DNA from: Syntrophomonadaceae bacterium
Lineage (GTDB): Bacteria > Bacillota > Dethiobacteria > DTU022 > UBA8154
Length of the DNA stretch: 64,000 bases
Direction of reading: 5' to 3'
NCBI GenBank assembly: GCA_003556225.1
Contig: PWRN01000063.1
Location: 4,060 to 68,059 of the forward strand
Below are positions 1 through 7,960 of this stretch, piece after piece. Under the pieces are notes generated by a model. The model saw only the letters and a list, made by a program, of their open reading frames with translations. It was not told the origin of the DNA and did no database searches. How positions within the stretch are numbered: position 1 is the stretch's first letter; each line of letters opens with the position of its first letter. The translations under genes and the position numbers were made by a program.

Positions 1-647
1 ACGGCCAGGGCATCGCTGCCCAGCAGGCTGAAAAAACCCACTTTCAACCCATTATCCAGTTTCAACAGGTGGGTTTCGCGGTACAGGCCCCGCTGAACCA
101 GGGGATGATCGGCAGGCCCCTGGGCGTTGGAGGCGAGTATCACGGTCTGGCTGTGGGCTGCAGGGTAGCCGGCAGCCTGCAGGTAGTCCGCCAGGACGGC
201 AGTCCCATAATCAAATTCATGGTTTCCCAGCGCGACCACGTCATAAGCCAGCTCATGCTTGATGGAGAGTTCGCTGGCCATCCCCCGAAGCGCCAACCAG
301 CTAAAGGCCGTGCCACCGATAAAGTCTCCGGCTGAGAGCAGCAATACCGGTTCACCCTCTGCGCCCTTCTTCGCGCGGAGCTCCTGCAGGGCCGTGCCTA
401 GCCGGGCATATCCCCCGATCGTCGGGTTTTCTTCACCGGGCAAGTAATCCACGGCCGGTGCATGCGGGATCAAGGCGGAATGTTCATCGTTGGTATGCAG
501 GATTGTAAAATAGAGTTCTGCTTTTTCAGGGAGGGAAGCCTCCGCAGCTTGAACACACTCCCCACAGACGATCGCGTAAAAGAAAATGGCTGCCGGGAAA
601 ACACACATCGCGAGGAGGTGCAGAAGGGTTTTGCGAAAAATAACCAT
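1..647 (-). CDS. 5'-nucleotidase / calcineurin-like metallophosphoesterase, N-terminal part only (gene runs off the left edge); N-terminal signal/anchor helix
   Basis: Reverse-strand translation from ATG at 647 (SD GGGGAG about 6 nt upstream) gives MVIFRKTLLHLLAMCVFPAAIFFYA...ILHTNDEHS...GNHEFDYG... with no stop to position 1. HTNDxH and GNHEFD are the UshA/5'-nucleotidase family metal-binding motifs. It is absent from the ORF track because the stop lies outside the window. Confidence 0.7.
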   Translation of the reverse strand, partial: MVIFRKTLLHLLAMCVFPAAIFFYAIVCGECVQAAEASLPEKAELYFTILHTNDEHSALIPHAPAVDYLPGEENPTIGGYARLGTALQELRAKKGAEGEPVLLLSAGDFIGGTAFSWLALRGMASELSIKHELAYDVVALGNHEFDYGTAVLADYLQAAGYPAAHSQTVILASNAQGPADHPLVQRGLYRETHLLKLDNGLKVGFFSLLGSDALA

Positions 648-772
648 GAAAAATCTCCCCTACTGAGTAAAAATAACCGCTGCAAAGTCTTCTTCCGGCA
701 GGGATTGAATCTCCGTAAAAATCATGCGGCGGCTGGCCCCGGGTTTACGCTTTTATGCTTGCGCCGGCGGTT

Positions 773-964
773 CTAGTCAATAATCATGGAGTCACTGCTC
801 TCATCCCAGCTTAACCCCTTGGTCACCATGAACTCCTGGGGCTCCTTGAACATCGAATAAACCGTCAATTTCTTAGCAGCCAGATCCAACTTGTAACTGG
901 AAACATCGCTTGCCAGCTTGTTTTCTTCTTCCACGCTGCCCTTGTAAACCGTCACCATGCACAC
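773..964 (-). CDS. hypothetical small protein (~63 aa; GTG start at 964 or ATG at 958)
   Basis: ORF track 773..964; GGGGAGGTGA Shine-Dalgarno upstream; same strand and between PilZ gene and phosphoesterase gene; no recognisable motif. Confidence 0.4.
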   Translation of the reverse strand: MCMVTVYKGSVEEENKLASDVSSYKLDLAAKKLTVYSMFKEPQEFMVTKGLSWDESSDSMIID

Positions 965-1206
965 CGGTAACTCACCTCCCCGAAAACAAGATAGGAATGC
1001 CTGATGAGCAAACGGGTCCGGGAACCAAGCATTTATTTTCCTGCGCTCATCCGCTCACGGAACGATCGGCTGGAAAAAACCTGCCTGGCTGGATCGCCGC
1101 ATTTAAATATTCTGACAGTAATCCTGCAGATCTTTTCCACGCCCACGACAAAAATCCTGCAAATAAGGGCTCTGTTCACAAGAGTAAAAACGTTTAACGA
1201 CATGAA

Positions 1207-1231
1207 GAAAAAAATCACCCATGGAGGTGAT
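1207..1231 (-). terminator. putative rho-independent terminator downstream of PilZ gene
   Basis: On minus strand ATCACC-tccatg-GGTGAT hairpin followed by TTTTTTT; sits 28 nt after the PilZ stop. Confidence 0.35.
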
Positions 1232-1258
1232 CCGCAGAACCCATAACCCGGAACTGGT

Positions 1259-1825
1259 TTAACCGGCCAACAAGTTCAAGGGCTTATCGAATTCGATCCC
1301 GTAGCTGTAAACTTTTTCTTTCGAACTAACGTGTTCCCGGATCACCCTGCCGCTCACCCCGGTCGTCAAGAGGTCGCCCTTGCCCGTAAAAATATCAAAA
1401 AAGAGCAAGAGGTCGCTAAGCAGGTTCAAAGGTTCCTGGACGGAGAGCAAGGCCCCACCCCGGGAGATATCCATCACCATCCCCGGTCGATATTCCAGCT
1501 CTTCCTCCAGGATCAGGTATTGAGCCTGCAGGCGGGCGGGGATCCGCTGTGACTGCCGGCGCTGCAGGCGGTGAGGTTCACCCATGAACTCCAGAATAAC
1601 GTTTTTTTCCGGATCCAAGTTTAATACCCGGGCATCAATAATATACAGGGCATCTTGCTGCTGCACCATATCCAACTTCAGCCACTCACCACTTTCCAGG
1701 GAGGGGGAACCTTCCAGGGAGAGGGTCAGTCTTTGCCCCTCTACCGCTTTGATGGTACCGGAGAGGTATATTTCCTTTTCCTTGTGCCGCAAGTTAACCC
1801 GCTGTCCAGGCTTTAGCAATAACAT
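1259..1825 (-). CDS. PilZ-domain c-di-GMP-binding protein (YcgR-like N-terminal domain + PilZ)
   Basis: 188 aa; RRQSQRIP (RxxxR) and DISRGGALL (DxSxGG) PilZ signature motifs; ATG with GAGAGGTGA SD. Confidence 0.75.
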   Translation of the reverse strand: MLLLKPGQRVNLRHKEKEIYLSGTIKAVEGQRLTLSLEGSPSLESGEWLKLDMVQQQDALYIIDARVLNLDPEKNVILEFMGEPHRLQRRQSQRIPARLQAQYLILEEELEYRPGMVMDISRGGALLSVQEPLNLLSDLLLFFDIFTGKGDLLTTGVSGRVIREHVSSKEKVYSYGIEFDKPLNLLAG

Positions 1826-1886
1826 CTTTTCACCTCTCTAAACTTCGATCCATGCTTCAGGCAAGCCAGGGCACCTGATAAAGTAA

Positions 1887-1911
1887 AACCGGCCATGCAA
1901 TATGGCCGGTT
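1887..1911. repeat. perfect 10-bp-stem palindrome AACCGGCCAT-gcaat-ATGGCCGGTT
   Basis: seen directly; on the minus strand it is followed by TTTTACTTTAT, so it could act as a terminator/attenuator just upstream of the PilZ gene. Confidence 0.5.
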
Positions 1912-2324
1912 ACGCTACTGGCTCATCCCGGGCTAACAGCGTCCATCTTTTTCCCGGGAATCATCGCTTCCATAATATGTTTTTTGGAGCGTATGTAATT
2001 GTTTGAACTATCAATCACTGTAATTATTATAAAACAATGGCAAAATTTATACAGTACCCCGAATGAGTAAAATTGACATGATACTAAAGTAGTAGGTGCC
2101 CCGTTTTATCGCCACGGCAAGGGGAAGCAAAATAATCATGAAAAATGATGACGCAGTGAAATCCCACCACTGGTTGAGGACAAGCAGAATAAAAAGAGAT
2201 GATTTCTTGAGCAAACATGAAAAACGAGCAATAAATTTTATTTTACAATCAGTTTAATTATCGGCAAATATTTGTTATAATAAAGGTAGGATTTACGACC
2301 TTTCATGCAGCCAGGAGGCAGGAC

Positions 2325-2897
2325 ATGATAAAAAATAAAAGAAAGGGCTTTATTCATATGGGTATCATAGCGGTTGCGCTGACGATCATGATCATTGTCG
2401 GCCTGACCCTGGTGCGGGGCCAGGAGAAAAAGGAGGCAGAACCGATGTACGAACAGGATAAGAAGTGGCACGAAACAGAGGCGGAACTCCGGGAGAGGTT
2501 GACTGAACTGCAGTACCGGGTCACCCGGGAGGACGCCACCGAGCCCCCCTTTCACAACAAGTACTGGGACAACAAGGAAGATGGCATCTACGTGGACATC
2601 ATCTCAGGTGAACCCCTCTTCAGTTCCCGGGATAAATACAACTCCGGCACGGGCTGGCCCAGCTTTACCCGGCCTATCCATGCCGAAAATATCCAGGAAC
2701 AACTGGACCGGCGATACGGCACCACCCGCGTAGAGGTGCGGAGCACAACGGCGGACTCCCACCTGGGGCATGTTTTCAAGGATGGCCCCCCGCCCACCGG
2801 TCTGCGCTATTGCATCAACTCGGCGGCCCTGCGCTTCATCCCCAGGGAGCAGCTCGAGGCGGAAGGATACGGTAGTTACCTCCAATTGTTCGAGTAA
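2325..2897 (+). CDS. msrB: peptide-methionine (R)-S-oxide reductase MsrB with N-terminal membrane anchor
   Basis: GWPSF, HLGHVF, RYCINS motifs; AGGAGG SD 6 nt before ATG 2325; TGn-TATAAT extended -10 about 40 nt upstream; alternative start ATG 2358. Confidence 0.9.
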   Translation: MIKNKRKGFIHMGIIAVALTIMIIVGLTLVRGQEKKEAEPMYEQDKKWHETEAELRERLTELQYRVTREDATEPPFHNKYWDNKEDGIYVDIISGEPLFSSRDKYNSGTGWPSFTRPIHAENIQEQLDRRYGTTRVEVRSTTADSHLGHVFKDGPPPTGLRYCINSAALRFIPREQLEAEGYGSYLQLFE

Positions 2898-2998
2898 TTT
2901 AGCGCAGCCAGAATTCTATATGGTCTCGTCATCATCTGTTTCCAGTTAATCGAGCTTGGCCCCGCTTAATGCCGGCAGGTGTGCAGCCCGGGGGCCTG

Positions 2999-3058
2999 GA
3001 AAAACGATAAAGAGATGTTACAGCAGGATCAAACTTCCTGCCGTGTCATCTCTTTATC
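2999..3058 (-). terminator. rho-independent terminator of the zinc-ribbon gene (12-bp perfect stem with nested 5-bp stem, then GTTTTTCC on minus strand)
   Basis: GATAAAGAGATG (3006-3017) / CATCTCTTTATC (3047-3058) perfect inverted repeat; T-tract on minus strand. Confidence 0.5.
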
Positions 3059-3163
3059 CAGTTAGCATGACTGGATCTTATGTAGGAATTGACAGCCGGC
3101 CACTTCCCGCGACGGTCCCCGTTATACCCGCGGGACAAACCTTTCATTGCCCCGCAGAAACCC

Positions 3164-3424
3164 TTATTCCCCCCGCTCTTCCTGGAAATATGGATTTGCG
3201 ACTTGCGCCCCACAGTTGGCGCAGTCAATTACCTTTTTTTCCCTGGATTCGTTGGAACTATAAAACTTGCGGCCGCAGGAGGGGCACAGCCATTCACTGA
3301 CCATTCGCGCACATCCTTTCATAGAAAATAAATGCTCTTCCCATGGACGGACTTCTTTTCTGTGATTATAATATAACTCTCTACCGGCGGCATCAGCTTT
3401 TATAGGTAGTCGCTGGTCTACCAA
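3164..3424 (-). CDS. small zinc-ribbon protein (CPSCG...CANCG), 86 aa with TTG start; may start internally at MVSEW
   Basis: Two CxxC pairs; own promoter and terminator; TTG 3424 preceded by GGTGA. Confidence 0.5.
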   Translation of the reverse strand: MVDQRLPIKADAAGRELYYNHRKEVRPWEEHLFSMKGCARMVSEWLCPSCGRKFYSSNESREKKVIDCANCGAQVANPYFQEERGE

Positions 3425-3453
3425 TTTCTCTTTTCACCTAATACCAAAGGGTT

Positions 3454-3481
3454 ATATTAAAAAAGCTTTCCTGGTAATCAA
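3454..3481 (-). promoter_or_regulatory. sigma-A-type promoter (TTGATT-16-TAATAT) for the zinc-ribbon gene
   Basis: hexamers read on minus strand; TSS about 20 nt upstream of TTG start. Confidence 0.4.
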
Positions 3482-3503
3482 GCTTGCTCAGGAATGAAGT
3501 CTT

Positions 3504-3682
3504 TTCCCTGCTTGCCCTCGACTCACTGGATTTGCGCCAAATTTTTTTCGGTGCTCGGGGTTTCTGGCCGCCTCAAAAACTCCCTCGCTGCGCTCGCTCA
3601 AACAGTTTGAGGCGGCTTTGCTGAAACCCCTGCGCGCCTTCTCATCAAGGCAAATCTATGTTCGCCGGGGGCAAGCAGGGAA
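3504..3682. repeat. ~180-nt nested inverted-repeat / structured element (outer 14-bp perfect IR, inner 11-bp perfect IR, additional 7-bp pairing)
   Basis: TTCCCTGCTTGCCC (3504-3517) vs GGGCAAGCAGGGAA (3669-3682); GCCGCCTCAAA (3568-3578) vs TTTGAGGCGGC (3606-3616); GATTTGC (3529-3535) vs GCAAATC (3650-3656); CTCGCT direct repeat in central loop. Confidence 0.6.
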
Positions 3683-3756
3683 GCAGTAGTGATGTCTGAC
3701 TAAAGTTAATAGCCATAAAAGTTTATTTCACTGCCCGGTTGGAATGGGTGCAAACT

Positions 3757-4233
3757 TTACCATCCATGGGTGCCGGGGCCGCCCTTAAAGGGACCGCTGA
3801 TCCAGGAGGTCACCCAACCCCCGTAGAAATCACCTGCCTGGGGGTCAACTTTTTCACCGTCCACGTAGCAGGCATCTACTTTCCCGGCAAAAAACGCCAG
3901 GTGACCGGTGATGGCTTCAAAACCGGGCCGAGGATTCTCGTAGCACCAGGCAAGATCGGGCAAACGCTTTCCGTTGATACTGAGCCCCCAGTACTTGGCT
4001 TCTCCCTTAAACTCGCAGTAGCTTTTATTGCCGGTGGAATAGAGCCTTTCCATGAGGATGTCGGCCTGGGGAATGTAGTATGCCGGCGGGTGGCTGGTTT
4101 CCAGCACCCGCAGGGTTCGGGAGCTTTCCGCCACCCTGAGTCCCTCGTGCTCCACCTGAATGAGGCCGTCAAAGAATTCCACCCTGGGCGGCCGGGGATA
4201 ATCCCAGACCGATTCGGTCGTTCTCTTTTCCAT
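3757..4233 (-). CDS. DUF427 family protein
   Basis: 158 aa; SVWDYPRPP...RVLETSHPPAYYIP..DI......YCEFKGEAKYW pattern typical of DUF427; GGAGGTG SD. Confidence 0.7.
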   Translation of the reverse strand: MEKRTTESVWDYPRPPRVEFFDGLIQVEHEGLRVAESSRTLRVLETSHPPAYYIPQADILMERLYSTGNKSYCEFKGEAKYWGLSINGKRLPDLAWCYENPRPGFEAITGHLAFFAGKVDACYVDGEKVDPQAGDFYGGWVTSWISGPFKGGPGTHGW

Positions 4234-4333
4234 TCCAAAACACCTCCTACTTCTAATGTTGAAAACAACCGCTTAAATTTTTTCCTTAACTTATCGCGAT
4301 TCGCAAAACTTGATGACTTGTTGGCGCGGTCGC

Positions 4334-5014
4334 TCAGCCGCGCCGCCGCATCCTGGAAACCCTACGGGCGATAAAGTAGAGAGGTACGAAGAAGATCGCC
4401 CCGGTGATCAACATGAAGAGCCCCACCAGGTTAAAAAAAGCCGTCAGGGGGCTTTTCCCAAAAAAATCCCTTTTCAGTGCCGGCAGTGTTTTGATCGTAT
4501 GCAGGGTTTCGGCCGGGGTGAATGCCTCACGCTTGCCAACAGCCAGGACGTATCTCCCGGTGTTTTGCGGACTGAAGACCTCAATGCGGTAGCGCCCGGA
4601 AGGCACTGTTCTTTCAAATTCCGGGCCCATGAGGTAGCGGTCGCCGGCAAAAGGTTCGAAAAAAGGTTCCCAGCTGCTGTCCTCTCCGTCCAAAAGAGAT
4701 ATGAGTTCTTCACCCTTCTCGTCCCTCACCCGGCTCACACGGGCGGAGATGTCCGTGTCGATGCCCGGCAGGTCAGGCACCAGCAGGTTAACGTAGAGCA
4801 AAAACTCCCCGGGGGCGCGGATCTCATAGACAGCCGGATTTCCCCGAAGCCGGGCGTAAAAGGCCTGGGAGACTTCCGGGTCCTGCACCTCTACCGTCTG
4901 ATCTCCGGTAACCAGCCGCGGCAGGTGGGCCAGGGCCGTGGGCCCGGCCGCCAGCAGCAGGCAGACCAGCAGCAGCGTTTTAAAGCTTCTGGATTTGCGT
5001 GGTCTTTTTTTCAC
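4334..5014 (-). CDS. hypothetical secreted protein with N-terminal signal peptide and C-terminal transmembrane anchor
   Basis: 226 aa; basic N-terminus + hydrophobic LLLVCLLLAAGPTALA; C-terminal LVGLFMLITGAIFFVPLYFIARR; GTG start with AAGGAGGGTGA SD. Confidence 0.5.
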   Translation of the reverse strand: MKKRPRKSRSFKTLLLVCLLLAAGPTALAHLPRLVTGDQTVEVQDPEVSQAFYARLRGNPAVYEIRAPGEFLLYVNLLVPDLPGIDTDISARVSRVRDEKGEELISLLDGEDSSWEPFFEPFAGDRYLMGPEFERTVPSGRYRIEVFSPQNTGRYVLAVGKREAFTPAETLHTIKTLPALKRDFFGKSPLTAFFNLVGLFMLITGAIFFVPLYFIARRVSRMRRRG

Positions 5015-5311
5015 CGGAAGTCACCCTCCTTGTATGCCCATTCTACTCTTTTTTCCCGAACGGGTAAACTTGATTCTTTTAAAGTATTGATGCATCGTCG
5101 CGCTCGAAATTAACGGTATGAAAAAGTTGCAGCATTTTTGCGCCAATGGCAGGAACGAACCATCCCGGGGCGAAATAGGTTAGCATTGATTTGTTAGACT
5201 AATAAAATTATTCCCACATCGCCAGGCTGTGTCGTTGATGGCCAGGGCAGGCCTCCCCATGTTCTGCATGCAGTCCTGCATTTCCCTGCAGCCCGGAAAG
5301 GTGGTGTTCCC

Positions 5312-6598
5312 ATGCTGCTGCATATCTCGAACAGGCTTTTCTTCTATGCCGCGGGCTACGTCGGTATCGCCCTGTTTACCCAGGTTGTGGCCACCTGGTC
5401 CATGTATTTTTACGCCCCTCCTGATGGGGTGGGGCGCGTGGCTTACGTCCCCATTTCCTTTTTTGGCCTTTTCCTGGGCATCAGCAGGGTTATCGATGCC
5501 TTCACCGATCCGCTGATCGCGAACTGGAGCGATCATTTTCAGAGCCGGTGGGGCCGGCGCATCCCCTTTATCGCCGTGGGCGGGATCCCCCTGTCCGCCT
5601 GCTTTATCCTGCTCTGGATGCCACCGGTGGAAGGATACTCTTCGCTGAACAGCCTCTACCTGTTCCTGGTTGCGGGAGGGTTTTTCCTCTTCATGACCAT
5701 GGTTACCTGCCCCTTCCTGGCCCTGCTGCCGGAGATTGCCTCTCCCCCGGAAAGGATTACCGCTGCTTCCCTGCTGGGCACCGCCTACGTGTCGGGACTC
5801 CTGCTGGGTACCGTGGGTTCCTCCTTGCTGATCAACCGTTACGGCTTCAGCATCATGGGGGTGGTGCTGGGTCTTTTCTGCCTGCTTTCGTTCTATACAC
5901 CCGTTTTTGCCGTGCGGGAAAAAGATCTGCCCGCCAAGACCCATGTGCCGAGACTCCGCTTCAAAGATTCCCTCTTTGATGTTCTGCGCAACGATGCTTT
6001 CCGTCCTTTTATTGTTGGCCAGGTTTTTTTCTGGTTCGCCTTCAACCTCATGTTGATGGGACTGCCTTATATCATCACCATTCGCATGGGTCTCCCCGAA
6101 GAACGCACCGGCTGGGCCCTGGGCCTGGCCCTGATCATCACCCTGGTTTCTTTTCCCCTGCTCTCCTGGCTGGCCCGGAAGGCGGGCAAAAAAAAGGCCT
6201 TTTTGATGGTGATGGCCCTCTCCTGCGTGGTTTTGGCCGCCCTCAGCACCATCGGCTTCTGGCCCGTGCCGCTGGGAAAAACCACCCAGAGCCTGGTGGT
6301 CATCGCCCTTGCAGGCATCCCCCTTGCCGGCCTCTTTCTGCTCCCCAACGCGCTCATTGCCGATATTACCGATTACGATGCTTGGGGTTCCGGTCGGCGC
6401 CGGGAAGCCATGTTTTATGCCCTCTACGGCATGGTGATGAAGTCGAGCATCGGCCTTTCTTCTTTATTCCTGGGTCAACTGCTTCATCACCTGGGGTATC
6501 ACCATGATGATCCCCTGGGGGTCTACCTGATCGCACCACTGGCCGTCGTGTCGATTTTATTGGGACTGCTCTTTTTCCGGAAATACCCCCTGGAATGA
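5312..6598 (+). CDS. MFS transporter, glycoside-pentoside-hexuronide (GPH):cation symporter family
   Basis: 428 aa, ~12 TM; DAFTDPLIANWSD....RWGRRIPFI matches GPH D..R.GRR motif; GGAAAGGTGGTG SD. Confidence 0.75.
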   Translation: MLLHISNRLFFYAAGYVGIALFTQVVATWSMYFYAPPDGVGRVAYVPISFFGLFLGISRVIDAFTDPLIANWSDHFQSRWGRRIPFIAVGGIPLSACFILLWMPPVEGYSSLNSLYLFLVAGGFFLFMTMVTCPFLALLPEIASPPERITAASLLGTAYVSGLLLGTVGSSLLINRYGFSIMGVVLGLFCLLSFYTPVFAVREKDLPAKTHVPRLRFKDSLFDVLRNDAFRPFIVGQVFFWFAFNLMLMGLPYIITIRMGLPEERTGWALGLALIITLVSFPLLSWLARKAGKKKAFLMVMALSCVVLAALSTIGFWPVPLGKTTQSLVVIALAGIPLAGLFLLPNALIADITDYDAWGSGRRREAMFYALYGMVMKSSIGLSSLFLGQLLHHLGYHHDDPLGVYLIAPLAVVSILLGLLFFRKYPLE

Positions 6599-6758
6599 CC
6601 TCCACCAGGCACCGGTAGCCCCCAAAATACAAGAATTTAATCGGTGCTTCTGCAGAAAGGATTTCTTTTCAACTGTAGAGAATTAAATAAGGCAAAGAGT
6701 TGAATAAGAAAGAATCTGCCTCGCTGATCATTAAAGCAGCAGGAAAGGAGGGGCACAC

Positions 6759-6833
6759 TTGTCCAAACACCTGGGTGCGCTGGTTTTTATACTGGTCTCC
6801 CTGGCGCTGCTGCTTGTAGCCACGGGCTGCTGA
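6759..6833 (+). CDS. candidate small ORF, 24 aa hydrophobic peptide (MSKHLGALVFILVSLALLLVATGC)
   Basis: TTG start 5 nt after GGAAAGGAGGGG; followed by hairpins and an intrinsic terminator; not in ORF track (<60 aa). Confidence 0.3.
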   Translation: MSKHLGALVFILVSLALLLVATGC

Positions 6834-6896
6834 ACCCTGATTTAACGGGCTTCGCCGTTGGCGAAAGCATCAGCTTCAACAGTTCAGTTTCATCCA

Positions 6897-6922
6897 ACCC
6901 GCCCCGGCGGGTTTTATTTTTG
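6897..6922 (+). terminator. rho-independent terminator (CCCGC-cccg-GCGGG + TTTTATTTTT)
   Basis: GC stem then T-rich run on plus strand, downstream of the candidate sORF. Confidence 0.5.
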
Positions 6923-6955
6923 CTGCAATAAACAGAGTAATGCAAATATTCACAA

Positions 6956-6984
6956 TTGACATCTCTTCTTTTTTTTATTATGCT
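6956..6984 (+). promoter_or_regulatory. sigma-A-type promoter (TTGACA-17-TATGCT) for the SnoaL-like gene
   Basis: perfect -35, 17-nt T-rich spacer, 4/6 -10; ~45 nt upstream of GTG 7032. Confidence 0.45.
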
Positions 6985-7031
6985 GGTTATTGAGGATATT
7001 TTCCGAAAACCGGACAGAAGGAGGTAGAGAA

Positions 7032-7472
7032 GTGTCCGAAACGAAAAGAGCCGAGCTGATGCGGGAATTTGTGGAATCTTTCGCAGCGCAAGATATCGAG
7101 AAATCGGTATCGCTCTGCACCGAAGATGTTGTATGGGAAACGCCGATGGGAATCTTTAAAGGAAAAGAAGAGGTCAAACGCTACCTGAAGTGGAACGCCG
7201 AACGCAACAAAGAGGTGAAGATTGCAGAAGCAGGGGTCGGAATCCTGGTGCAAGGAGACAAAGCTTCTTTCGAGCACCAGATCACCGGGTTAATCGACGG
7301 TGAAAAAGTGTCGTTTTTGGCCATGTGTACTTACGAATTCAGCGAAGATCAGATCAAGACCATGAGAACGGTATTCGACAGGTTGGCCCTCGCCGAGCAA
7401 GCATCCAACAAATGGCTGCCGAAAAAGCTCGTCAACACGATCGTCAGCCAGATGCATAAAGGGTTGGACTAG
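7032..7472 (+). CDS. SnoaL-like / NTF2-fold (ketosteroid-isomerase-like) protein
   Basis: GTG 7032 with GAAGGAGGT SD (track start TTG 6990 has no SD); ~146 aa; fold assignment by weak resemblance only. Confidence 0.5.
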   Translation: MSETKRAELMREFVESFAAQDIEKSVSLCTEDVVWETPMGIFKGKEEVKRYLKWNAERNKEVKIAEAGVGILVQGDKASFEHQITGLIDGEKVSFLAMCTYEFSEDQIKTMRTVFDRLALAEQASNKWLPKKLVNTIVSQMHKGLD

Positions 7473-7542
7473 CCGGCTCCTTACGAAGACAATAACGTTT
7501 AGTTGCCCGGTTTTTACAAAACATACTTAAGCAAGACAGAAG

Positions 7543-7582
7543 AAAAAGGGCCTTCGGCAAAAAACATCGAAGACCCTTTTTC
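7543..7582. terminator. bidirectional intrinsic terminator between SnoaL-like gene (+) and tRNA operon (-)
   Basis: AAAAAGGGCCTTCG ... CGAAGACCCTTTTT near-perfect IR flanked by A-run upstream and T-run downstream. Confidence 0.55.
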
Positions 7583-7592
7583 GTTATCATGG

Positions 7593-7668
7593 TGGTGGGC
7601 GGAGCCGGGCTCGAACCGACGACCCCCTGCTTGTAAGGCAGGTGCTCTCCCAGCTGAGCTATCCACCC
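7593..7668 (-). tRNA. tRNA-Val (anticodon TAC), CCA encoded
   Basis: manual cloverleaf: GGGTGGA acceptor, GCTC/GAGC D-stem, CCTGC-CTTACAA-GCAGG anticodon arm, GTCGG-TTCGAGC-CCGGC T-arm. Confidence 0.9.
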
Positions 7669-7672
7669 GTAT

Positions 7673-7748
7673 TGGTGACCCCTAGGGGATTCGAACCCCT
7701 GCTGCCAGCTTGAAAGGCTGGTGTCCTAACCGATTAGACGAAGGGGCC
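7673..7748 (-). tRNA. tRNA-Glu (anticodon TTC), CCA encoded
   Basis: manual cloverleaf: GGCCCCT acceptor, CCAGC-CTTTCAA-GCTGG anticodon arm, GGGGT-TCGAATC-CCCTA T-arm. Confidence 0.9.
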
Positions 7749-7772
7749 AGATGTTTGGCCTGTCTGTCCGTT

Positions 7773-7848
7773 TGGTGGGCCCACTAGGACTCGAACCTAG
7801 AACCAACCGGTTATGAGCCGGTAGCTCTGCCAATTGAGCTATGGGCCC
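7773..7848 (-). tRNA. tRNA-Met (anticodon CAT), elongator type (or tRNA-Ile2 lysidine); not initiator (no 3 GC pairs in anticodon stem)
   Basis: GGGCCCA acceptor, ACCGG-CTCATAA-CCGGT anticodon arm, CTAGG-TTCGAGT-CCTAG T-arm, CCA encoded. Confidence 0.85.
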
Positions 7849-7856
7849 AGATAAAA

Positions 7857-7931
7857 TGGCTCCCCAGGCAGGATTCGAACCTGCAACCTACCGGTTAACA
7901 GCCGGTCGCTCTACCGTTGAGCTACTGAGGA
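7857..7931 (-). tRNA. tRNA-Asn (anticodon GTT), CCA encoded
   Basis: TCCTCAGTAGCTCAACGGTAGAGC 5' half typical of bacterial tRNA-Asn; ACCGG-CTGTTAA-CCGGT anticodon arm. Confidence 0.9.
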
Positions 7932-7946
7932 AGATATAACGGACAA

Positions 7947-7960
7947 ATTATATTATAAAG
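7947..7960 (-). promoter_or_regulatory. possible -10 region (TTTATAATATAAT on minus strand) of the tRNA operon promoter
   Basis: TATAAT ~20 nt upstream of tRNA-Asn 5' end; no clear -35 (overlaps sigA terminator). Confidence 0.25.

Noticed and set aside
69-685. Track ORFs 69..335(+), 140..355(-), 259..447(+), 470..685(-)
   Set aside because: All lie within or antisense to the longer, motif-bearing minus-strand phosphoesterase frame (HTNDEH/GNHEFD), which the track omits because its stop is outside the window.
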